A DNA stretch of 64,000 bases from Macrostomum lignano. Its lineage: Eukaryota. The position numbers and the translations under genes were made by a program. The DNA lies in contig NIVC01000684.1 of NCBI GenBank assembly GCA_002269645.1, positions 428,576 to 492,575 of the forward strand. Direction: 5' to 3'. The notes below the pieces were generated by a model. The model made no database searches and had not been told where the DNA came from. It saw only the letters and a list, made by a program, of their open reading frames with translations. Positions 11,320 to 21,800 of the stretch are shown here, one piece after another; the first letter of the stretch is position 1, and each line of letters starts with the position of its first letter.

Positions 11320-11463
11320 TTTTGTCTGAAAAAAAGTGTCAGTTTGAATTGTTGTTAGAAAAATGCTGAGCTTGGCTAAACAGGTAATAACGAGCGCACA
11401 CGTTCTTAAATTTTAGCTGCTTTTTTTACTAATTTTCGAGCCAGATAATTTTAAAGTAGTTTA

Positions 11464-12263
11464 CGAGGGCTGTCTCAAAAGTAGTTTTACTTTTCATGAT
11501 ATCTCTGGTTCTGCTGATCCAAATTTTGGAGCTAATATCATTTTGAACAGGTTAATAGCGGCGACTCTCTTCTTCCAGTTAACTTTAACATCCTTAAAAG
11601 CAGACAATGGAAACAAATGTTATAAGTAAAAATGTAGCAGGAGCTCGACCATAGACGTACACTACTTCAACAAGCTAGTGGAAAGTAGCGAAAGTACTTT
11701 TGATTGAATGCATTCAGACCTCCTTGTTAGGCTGCTATGACAAAGAAATATATATAAAAAACTTAAAAAAGAATATAACTTTTAAAGCAACAGAATGGGC
11801 TGGGCTAGAAACTGGGCTTCAGCTTTATTGCTTTTTGTTCCCTCCTTTTGCTGCGCTAAAAGTCCTGGTTGTGCATTCAAGTGTTGTGCAGAGGAGTGTG
11901 ATATACACCCTTTGGAGCACGGGGCACAGTTAGGCCGAGATTCATACTCAACTTTCATCGACTCATGGGTCTATCGCAGTTATTTACTGCAGTCAGTTTG
12001 CAGCATTCACAGCAGCCAGTTACCCGTTTGTCAGCTACCACCTCGAATTTTTGCTAACTTGTTGACTTACTGTAAGTCTATGATCGAGGTCCTGCTACAT
12101 TTTAGTTTACAACTTTCGTTTCCATTGTCTGTTTTTAATGATGTTAAAGATAATACAAAGAAGAGAGTCACCACTATAAATCTGTGCAAAATGATGATGT
12201 CATTTGGATCAGCAGAACGAGAGATATAATGAAAAGTAACATTACTTTTGGGGACAGCCCTCG
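11464..12263. mobile_element. Non-autonomous Tc1/mariner-type element (800 bp)
   Basis: Imperfect TIRs of about 60 bp (cgagggctgtctcaaaagta...gttctgctgatccaaat and its reverse complement ending 12263), flanked by TA at 11462-11463 and 12264-12265. No transposase ORF. Confidence 0.9.
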
Positions 12264-13611
12264 TAGAAACGCCCGGGAGCGAAATGATGGAAGAAAAGGT
12301 GTGGAATATTTTGGATTCAACAGCAAGCTATCGTAGTACGAGTTACAAGCATTCCCTATACCAAAAAAGAGTTTTCCCTATCCATCCAACTCTGAAAGTG
12401 TTTCGTTAAAGTTGAGATGAGCTTGGTTCTTATTAACGTTAAACTTTCAGTCGTTTATTGCTTACTAGAATTGATTGGTAGATATTAGATAAATGTTTAA
12501 GTTGCGAGTAGCTACTAAGAATTACTAGAAACTAAACTACGAGCTAGTTACAAGATTATTAATAACATAATTGCATGCTTACGAAAGATTTTGTAAGAAA
12601 ATTCACGTAAATATGAGGATGTTTTGTCCTAGAACAGTAGCTAGACTCCATAATAATTTCCTAAATTATGAAATAACATCATTAAAACGAAACCGTTTCC
12701 AAAAAAATTCAAACCGAAACAAATAATTTATTATTTCTGTTATTAAGAACGTTTTTTGATCACAGGAAAAAAGAAACTATCACGTATGGAAAATGAACTC
12801 TTAGCGCTAAAGTACATAAAATACAGAAGAAGTACAATAAAATTAGCAGATCTTACAGATAGAATATAAAATTTATGCAGTAGTAGATCGACTGGGGTCA
12901 AAGGAGTCCAGCTGTCTTTCCAACATAAAACGAGTCGTAAGAAACCGTTATTATCCTTGTCTAATTCATGACATAACTCATATAACAATCTGATGCACCC
13001 ACGGATGACAGACATATGAGGGGCCCTCGCGGCTACAAATCCTGAACCTGCTCCTGAATTTTTTATAAAGGCTTACAAAGCACTGTAATCTTAATTTCAA
13101 GCAGAAAGTCTCTCAGTAACCCAATCTTCTTGATAAGAAAAAATCTGCAATTGTTCTGTAAATTCCTACTCTAAATCTTACGAGCTATATTAGAAAGAAA
13201 ATAAATTACAAACAGTTAGGGCGTGCTTGTACAAACTAATGCAAATAAATTCATCTGAATGTAAATCGTAGCTAGTCTTTCAAAATAAAAAAAAATAAAA
13301 TAAAAAAGAAATATTTAAAGGCGTTACTTGAAGAAAATCATAAACTTTTGTAATAAAACGTTCGTAGCACCACTTTTTGATCACTTTAAATAAAAAATAC
13401 ATAATAATTAATCCATATTGTACAGGTAAATACATACTGTTAAAGTGCTCTTTCGTTAAACAAAAGGCACAAATTGGATAGCCCTATTTTATGAATTGTT
13501 ACAGTTTGAGGGGAACATTGACATTATGATGAAATTTTCTGTCTGTGGCGAATGCAGGATTTTAATTAAAGTTGGCCGCCTTAAACTCCAAGGCCCGCAA
13601 ATATTTGGGGT

Positions 13612-15850
13612 CTTAGTGGGCACCCCTGTCTCTTGGTGGGCACCCCTGTCTCTTGGTGGGCACCCCTGTCTTTTGGTGTCACCCCTGTCTCTTGGTGGCA
13701 CCCCTGTCTCTTGGTGTCACCCCTGTCTCTTGGTGGCACCCCTGTCTCTTGGTGGCACCCCTGTCTCTTGGTGTCACCCCTGTCTCTTGGTGGCACCCCT
13801 GCCTCTTGGTGGGCACCCCTGTCTTTTGGTGTCACCCCTGTCTCTTGGTGGCACCCCTGTCTCTTGGTGTCACCCCTGTCTCTTGGTGGCACCCCTGTCT
13901 CTTGGTGTCACCCCTGTCTCTTGGTGGCACCCCTGTCTCTTGGTGGGCGCCCCTGTCTCTTGGTGGGCGACCCTGTCTCTTGGTGTCACCCCTGTCTCTT
14001 GGTGGCACCCCTGTCTCTTGGTGTCACCCCTGTCTCTCGGTGTCACCCCTGTCTCTTGGTGGCACCCCTGTCTCTTGGTGTCACCCCTGTCTCTCGGTGT
14101 CACCCCTGTCTCTTGGTGGCACCCCTGTCTCTTGGTGGCACCCCTGTCTCTTGGTGTCACCCCTGTCTCTTGGTGGCACCCCTGTCTCTTGGTGTCACCC
14201 CTGTCTCTCGGTGTCACCCCTGTCTCTCGGTGTCACCCCTGTCTCTTGGTGGCACCCCTGTCTCTTGGTGGCACCCCTGTCTCTTGGTGTCACCCCTGTC
14301 TCTTGGTGGCACCCCTGTCTCTTGGTGGCACCCCTGTCTCTTGGTGGCACCCCTGTCTCTTGGTGTCACCCCTGTCTCTTGGTGGCACCCCTGTCTCTTG
14401 GTGTCACCCCTGTCTCTCGGTGTCACCCCTGTCTCTTGGTGGCACCCCTGTCTCTTGGTGGCATCCCTGTCTCTTGGTGTCACCCCTGTCTCTTGGTGGG
14501 CGACCCTGTCTCTTGGTGTCACCCCTGTCTCTTGGTGTCACCCCTGTCTCTCGGTGTCACCCCTGTCTCTTGGTGGCACCCCTGTCTCTTGGTGTCACCC
14601 CTGTCTCTTGGTGTCACCCCTGTCTCTTGGTGGCACCCCTGTCTCTTGGTGGCACCCCTGTCTCTTGGTGGCACCCCTGTCTCTTGGTGTCACCCCTGTC
14701 TCTTGGTGGCATCCCTGTCTCTTGGTGTCACCCCTGTCTCTTGGTGTCACCCCTGTCTCTTGGTGGCACCCCTGTCTCTCGGTGTCACCCCTGTCTCTTG
14801 GTGGCACCCCTGTCTCTTGGTGTCACCCCTGTCTCTTGGTGGCACCCCTGTCTCTTGGTGGGCGACCCTGTCTCTTGGTGTCACCCCTGTCTCTTGGTGG
14901 CACCCCTGTCTCTTGGTGTCACCCCTGTCTCTTGGTGGCACCCCTGTCTCTTGGTGTCACCCCTGTCTCTTGGTGGCACCCCTGTCTCTTGGTGGCACCC
15001 CTGTCTCTTGGTGGCACCCCTGTCTCTTGGTGTCACCCCTGTCTCTTGGTGGCACCCCTGTCTCTTGGTGTCACCCCTGTCTCTCGGTGTCACCCCTGTC
15101 TCTTGGTGGCACCCCTGTCTCTTGGTGGCACCCCTGTCTCTCGGTGTCACCCCTGTCTCTTGGTGGCACCCCTGTCTCTTGGTGGCACCCCTGTCTCTTG
15201 GTGTCACCCCTGTCTCTTGGTGTCACCCCTGTCTCTTGGTGTCACCCCTGTCTCTCGGTGTCACCCCTGTCTCTTGGTGGCACCCCTGTCTCTTGGTGGC
15301 ACCCCTGTCTCTTGGTGGCACCCCTGTCTCTTGGTGTCACCCCTGTCTCTTGGTGGCACCCCTGTCTCTTGGTGGCACCCCTGTCTCTTGGTGGCACCCC
15401 TGTCTCTTGGTGTCACCCCTGTCTCTTGGTGGCACCCCTGTCTCTTGGTGTCACCCCTGTCTCTCGGTGTCACCCCTGTCTCTTGGTGGCACCCCTGTCT
15501 CTTGGTGGCACCCCTGTCTCTTGGTGGCATCCCTGTCTCTTGGTGTCACCCCTGTCTCTTGGTGGCACCCCTGTCTCTTGGTGTCACCCCTGTCTCTTGG
15601 TGTCACCCCTGTCTCTTGGTGGCACCCCTGTCTCTTGGTGGCACCCCTGTCTCTTGGTGGCACCCCTGTCTCTTGGTGTCACCCCTGTCTCTTGGTGGCA
15701 CCCCTGTCTCTTGGTGGCACCCCTGTCTCTTGGTGGGCGCCCCTGTCTCTTGGTGGCACCCCTGTCTCTTGGTTGGCGCTCCTGTCTCTTGGTGGCACCC
15801 CTGTCTCTTGGTATCACCCCTGTCTCTTGGTTGGCGCTCCTGTCTCTTTG
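13612..15850. repeat. 19-bp minisatellite cacccctgtctcttggtg[g/t], about 115 copies
   Basis: Read directly. Two major unit variants plus minor ones (ctcgg, catcc, 20-bp gtggg). It generates the long pseudo-ORFs at 13496-15885. Confidence 0.97.
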
Positions 15851-16039
15851 TAGGAGACCGTCTGGATGAGTTTCTGGTTTCCTAAAAACACTCTAATGTC
15901 TTAAAAACTTTAACAAAACAGCCTGGAATATGAACAAAAAACAATCCATCTCGAACTCTCTTTACTCGACGTTAAACAACTATGATAAATATCAGACAAG
16001 CCAATTGAAGTTCCAATATCTTCCAAAGAGAATTAAAGT

Positions 16040-17116
16040 TTAGGTCAGCGGAATTATCTCTCTGGCTGCGATTTTTCTCAGCTGGTGCAGCCTCCTCCTG
16101 GCGAAGTCGTCCAAGTTGTTGAACCTCTCGAACTCGGACACCGCGGCGTCGACGGCTGCGACTTCGCGAGCGTCGGTAGCCGAAGCCAGCGACCTCACCA
16201 GCGAGAGCTCGTCGGTGTCCTTGAACGAACCGCACAGCACAGCAAGCTGCTCCGCCTTCTCGCCGACTCCCGCAGTTCCTGAGCACAGCAGGCACAGACA
16301 GCTCTTGGCCAGCTGGTCCTTGGCTCCGAAGCTCAACAGACTGTGCTGCTCAGCCGACACTCCCAGATCCTCAAACACTGCGGCTGCATCTGCCAGCCTC
16401 CCGCAGTCCGCCATCAACTCCGCGGCCTTGGCGCGGCTGCCCGCAGCGCTGGCCGGACTGTCCTCGCCGCTCCAGAAGTCCGCCGCTCTCAAGTAGGCAT
16501 CGATGGCCTTCTCGACTTGCTGAGATGCAGCCAGCAGGTCTCCAGCCTCCTCCAGCTGTCTGGCAGCGATGCTGAACTGGCCCTGCTCTGCGTACATCTC
16601 GGCCGCTTGCTGCAGGCACCGCACGGCCTTCGGTCTCGTGTCTGGCAGCTTGCGGTAGCAGTTCGCAGCCTCCGAGTAATTGTTGGCCGCATCGAGCTCG
16701 CATCGCCTCTGCTTTGAGAACTGCTCGGCCGCGGCTTCGAATTTCCGCCCAGCTTCGCGCCAATTATGACGAAGCTTCAGCTGGTTTCCTCGATTTACAC
16801 GTTTTTCTGCTTGCTTTCTAGACCTAGTAAAAAACTTTCGAACGCAGAGGCAGAGGTTCTTTGACGTAGAGTACAATCTTTCAACGATGATTATATTGGT
16901 AACGGTATTTTTATGTGTGTTTTTTAGAGTATTTACGTTTTGGAGCCCAAGATAAATCAAAACTATAATTCCAACGAAAAATACGAGCAATAACATATAC
17001 TCGTAGTTGTCCATGATAGGAGCAAAGGACGAACCGGCGTCGGAAACATCGTTGGAAACATTGTTGCCCTGGGTCTTTAAATTAGTCAGGTTGGATCTGC
17101 TTTCGGCTGGCGGCAT
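16040..17116 (-). CDS. NAPA-like: alpha-SNAP-like paralog 6: short ectodomain + single TM + SNAP domain with a replaced C-terminal tail
   Basis: 358-aa ORF. TM YMLLLVFFVGIIVLIYLGL is homologous to that of paralog 4. Core matches paralogs 2-4, but the tail is RKIAAREIIPLT. Confidence 0.9.
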   Translation of the reverse strand: MPPAESRSNLTNLKTQGNNVSNDVSDAGSSFAPIMDNYEYMLLLVFFVGIIVLIYLGLQNVNTLKNTHKNTVTNIIIVERLYSTSKNLCLCVRKFFTRSRKQAEKRVNRGNQLKLRHNWREAGRKFEAAAEQFSKQRRCELDAANNYSEAANCYRKLPDTRPKAVRCLQQAAEMYAEQGQFSIAARQLEEAGDLLAASQQVEKAIDAYLRAADFWSGEDSPASAAGSRAKAAELMADCGRLADAAAVFEDLGVSAEQHSLLSFGAKDQLAKSCLCLLCSGTAGVGEKAEQLAVLCGSFKDTDELSLVRSLASATDAREVAAVDAAVSEFERFNNLDDFARRRLHQLRKIAAREIIPLT

Positions 17117-17291
17117 ACTCTCGGCTTAACGCTTCTGGAGGCTGAGCAAAGTTCTGTATTTTGATTAGTGCTAGAGCTGAAGAGAAGAAATGTATTATAA
17201 CAAAAGACTTGGTATGAAAAATCTTTGTTCAGTTCAAAGTTGTTTTGAGCACTGTCGCAAATCAAGGGGGCGACAGTCGATCCGGAGCCAA

Positions 17292-17565
17292 CTAGGAGGC
17301 AAGCAGTCAGGTCTATTCCACGGGCCGCCATCACAAACCCGAAATACTTCAGTATAACTCGGGAAACCGAAATAGAGTTAGACATTGTTGTCATTTTTGG
17401 AGTTATGATATTTTGGGTTTATGATGGGTGTTGCTAGCAATTTTGGGTTTATGAAATTTGTGATATTTCGGGTTTATGATACGCTCGTATTTGGGTTGAG
17501 GATGGAAATCACTTCCCCCCCCCCTATTCCACAGACGTTTGAACACCCCTCCTGAACAGCTGACC
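17292..17565. mobile_element. Small insertion with internal inverted repeats (MITE-like), absent from the duplicate region near 8475
   Basis: 8461-8495 is colinear with 17275-17290 joined to 17562-17585. The insert has atcacaaacccgaaat (about 17329) and atttcgggtttatgat (about 17466), a 15/16 inverted match. Confidence 0.55.
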
Positions 17566-18868
17566 CCAATCTAGCTCAGCCAATGAGAGAGAAGTAAGGC
17601 GAGTGGCCAAGCACAGATGGACGAAACTAATCTTAGGGGGTAGGCTCAATCCAGCTCAGCCAATGAGAGAGAAGTAAGGAAAGAGGGTCAAAGTCAGACA
17701 CAAGCAGGCAAGAGGAAAGATTGTTTACCGGCTGTTAATCGGCCTGAACTGGGCTTTGCTCTCTTGCTCTCTTGCTTGCTATGCACAGGCACTTGGATTT
17801 TATGCTTTTCAAGTTTTCAGGACTGCAAATCCAAAGCGAGAATTGGACAAACCAGTTCAATGCAGTCGCACTAACTGTTGCCCAGAAATTCTTATAAAAT
17901 TAACTAACTTAGAATAAGTTTAAAAGTCTAAACAAGCTTATCAAGAAACGAGAAAAGAAACGAAAAGAACGGAGTCTTAAACACTACGGATCATGTTTCT
18001 TCACGATTCACCATTCTAAGTATGCCTTATAGCTAGTTAATCAATCAGTGAAACAAAAAAACTAATAACACACAAGACAATATCTTAGTCTGAAAATTGT
18101 AACATTAAGCATATATTTAACCTCATTCTAGCGTTTGTTCAACAACATATCGTTATTTTCATCAACGAATATTATTTTTACAATACATGAAAATTTCTTT
18201 GATAAATCTGAGTTTTGGAGAAGAGCCAAAAAAAAAACAGGGCAAAAAACAAAACAAAAAATTTATTAGAACAGCATGAAGAAAACTCCAAAAGTATGAA
18301 TTGAAAATTACAACAGACGATTACGACTTCTAACTGCTGTTTTAACTTTAACAGTTAAAAGTGTGGCCAGATAGGTTGAACTTCAATACAACTTTATATT
18401 ACCGTGCAGTTCGGTTAAATTTTTAGTCAAGAAAAAACATTCAAGGTTATCGCAATATTTAAATATTTATATAGAAATAGCAAATAAAAAACAAAACAAT
18501 TACTTGTTTTGATTGTTGTTTTGATATGGCATCATCATTAGGCTGGTAAAGGAAGTTTATGAAAATTAACACCAATTGATCCCCTCTCTATAGTGACAAA
18601 ATATTTTAGAGCCAATGTACAAAACACTGTAAAAAGTTACTAGGGGCTTGGGCAAATAAATTATTTAATTCAAAATACACAGATAAAGAACTTATAAAAC
18701 AAGTACTAAGAGCATCTTTTAATTTTGTGTATGTTACGCTCGTACTGTCTTCTGTATACTATTATTGTTATAAAATTATTAGTGTTTATTCATCACCACA
18801 CAACAGTTTCGCCAAACAAGAAAGTATAAGTCGGTCCGGATTTAAAAAACAGTCAATTTCTTCTCTCT

Positions 18869-21800
18869 CTAAGCAAGCTCGACTGTCGACCTCTGCATGC
18901 TTTTACGAGCTTCTGTTATCCTGCGCATGTCGAACTCATCCAAATTGTTGAATCTCTCGTACTCGGTCACCGCCTTGTCGAAATCATCGACACTGTTGGC
19001 TGCGGCAAGACCTTTGACCAGAGCGAACTCGTCACTTCTAGCGAATGACTCGCTCTTGGCTGCCAGTTCATCGGCCTGTTTTGAGCAGGCTTCAGGATCC
19101 ATTGCAAGCTGGCACAGGCACGACTTGAGCATGTGATCATTGGCTCCGAACTGAAGCAGATCGTGGCCTTGAGCCTCTTCACCCAGCTTTGCGAATTCGT
19201 TGGCAGCTTTAACGAATTGGCCCGAATCGCCAAGCAAAATGGCCAGTTTGGTTCTACAGCTTGCGGCACTGGCGACACTGTTCTCAGCACTGAAGTGGTC
19301 TGCTGCCTTCTGGTAGCGGTCTATGGCTTCTTTCATTAAATAAGTTGAATTCGCATCGCTTACGATATCAAAGCTGCTGAGCTCAGGATCGGAACTGTTC
19401 TGAGTATTCGAAGCGGGAAGTTTCCTTGCCAATTCCTCAGTCAGCTCACCGGCTGTCTCCATCAGTCTGGCCGCAATGCTGAACTGGCCGACTTCGCAGT
19501 AAAGTTGAGCTGCTTGCTCAAAGCAGTGAACGGCTTTGGGCTTGTCCGTCTTGCAAAAACAGTTGGCAGCATTTTGATAGCAATCCGCCTGCTCGTAAAT
19601 TGTGTTGCCACCTTGATGACGAAATTTGTCTGCAGCTTCTGAGAATGCGTCTCCGGCTTCGCTCCACTTCTTTTCCAGTTTGAATTTTCTGGCTTTCTGC
19701 ATCAGCGACTCAGCAGTATCCGCACCAGGAAGTTTAGCCACGGCTGCATCTTTGACCCATGTCGAACCAGCTGAAAACTTTTTTCTTAACCATGGTACCC
19801 ATTGGTTCCCGGCACTCTGATCAGTTGCTGTCGGATTTTCATTCACTGGTTGACCCAGCTGACCTCTATCCTTTGTTGTCTGACCTTCAATCCTCGCTGT
19901 CTGATCTTCAGCCGTTGCTGTCTGACCTTCAGCTTTCGTTGTCGAATCTTCAGTCTTTGTTTGCTCATCCATCTGACCTTTAGCTCTTGTTGTCTGATCT
20001 TCAGCCATTGCTGTCTGATCTTCAGCCATTGCTGTCTGATCTTCAGCCTTTGCTGTCTGATCTTCAGTCTTTGCTGTCTGATCTTCAGCCTTTGCTGTCT
20101 GATCTTCAGCCATTGCTGTCTGATCTTCAGCCATTGCTGTCTGATCTTCAGCCTTTGCTGTCTGATCTTCAGTCTTTGCTGTCTGATCTTCAGCCTTTGC
20201 AGTCTGATCTTCAGTCTTTGCTGTCTGATCTTCAGTCTTTGCTGTCTGATCTTCAGCCATTGCTGTCTGATCTTCAGCCTTTGCTGTCTGATCTTCAGTC
20301 TTTGCTGTCTGATCTTCAGTCTTTGCTGTCTGATCTTCAGCCTTTGCTGTCTGATCTTCAGCGTTTGCTGTCTGATCTTCAGCCTTTGCTGTCTGATCTT
20401 CAGCTTTTGTTTGCTCACCCATCTGACTTTCAGCCTTTGCTGCTTGACCTTCAGCTTTTGCTGTCTGATTTTCAGCCTTTGTTGCCTGACCTTCAGCCTT
20501 TGCTGTCTGATCTTCAGCCTTTGCTGTCTGATCTTCAGCCTTTGCTGTCTGATCTTCAGCCTTTGTTGCCTGACCTTCAGCCTTTGCTATCTGATCTTCA
20601 GCCTTTGCTGTCTGATCTTCAGTCTTTGCTGTCTGATCTTCAGCCTTTGTTGCCTGACCTTCAGCCTTTGCTATCTGATCTTCAGCCTTTGCTGTCTGAT
20701 CTTCAGTCTTTGCTGTCTGATCTTCAGCCTTTGCTGTCTGATCTTCAGCCTTTGCTGTCTGATCTTCAGCCTTTGTTTGCTCACCCATCTGACTTTCAGC
20801 CTTTGCTGCTTGACCTTCAGCTTTTGCTGTCTGATCTTCAGCCTTTGCTGTCTGATCTTCAGCTTTTGCTGTCTGATCTTTAGCCTTTGCTGTCTGATCT
20901 TCAGCCTTTGCTGTCTGATCTTCAGTCTTTGCTGTCTGATCTTCAGCCTTTGCTGTCTGATCTTCAGCCTTTGCTGTCTGATCTTCAGTCTTTGCTGTCT
21001 GATCTTCAGCCTTTGCTGTCTGATCTTCAGCCTTTGTTTGCTCACCTATCTGACTTTCAGCCTTTGCTGTCTGATCTTCAGTCTTTGCTGTCTGATCTTC
21101 AGCCTTTGCTGTCTGATCTTCAGCCTTTGTTTGCTCACCTATCTGACTTTCAGCCTTTGCTGCTTGACCTTCAGCTTTTGCTGTCTGATTTTCAGCCTTT
21201 GTTGCCTGACCTTCAGCTTTTGCTGTCTGATCTTCAGCCTTTGTTTGCTCACCCATCTGACTTTCAGCCTTTGCTGCTTGACCTTCAGCTTTTGCTGTCT
21301 GATTTTCAGCCTTTGTTGCCTGACCTTCAGCCTTTGCTATCTGATCTTCAGCCTTTGCTGTCTGATCTTCAGTCTTAGCTGTCTGATCTTCAGCCTTTGC
21401 TGTCTGATCTTCAGTCTTTGCTGTCTGATCTTCAGCCTTTGCTGTCTGATCTTCAGCCTTTGCTGTCTGATCTTCAGTCTTTGCTGTCTGTTCTTCAGCC
21501 TTTGCTGTCTGATCTTCAGCCTTTGTTTGCTCACCTATCTGACTTTCAGCCTTTGCTGCTTGACCTTCAGCTTTTGCTGTCTGATTTTCAGCCTTTGTTG
21601 CCTGACCTTCAGCCTTTGCTGTCTGATCTTCAGCCTTTGTTTGCTCACCCATCTGACTTTCAGCCTTTGCTGCTTGACCTTCAGCTTTTGCTGTCTGATT
21701 TTCAGCCTTTGTTGCCTGATCTTCAGCCTTTGCTGTCTGACCTTCAGCCTTTGCTATCTGATTTTCAGCCATTGCTGTCTGATCTTCAGTCTCTGTTGTC

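Noticed and set aside
13612-15850. TGGTGGCA in the 19-bp unit as a tRNA-Leu PBS
   Set aside because: Only 8 nt match, the GTGGGAT half is absent and there is no preceding LTR-end motif; likely coincidence.
13496-15885. Three ORFs of 738-785 aa and many minus-strand ORFs
   Set aside because: They are translations of the 19-bp minisatellite, which has no stop codons and cycles through all frames.
2974-16763. Recurrent overlapping ORFs on the opposite strand or alternate frames of the SNAP cores
   Set aside because: Shadow ORFs of GC-rich coding sequence, repeated only because the cores are duplicated; no recognisable motifs.
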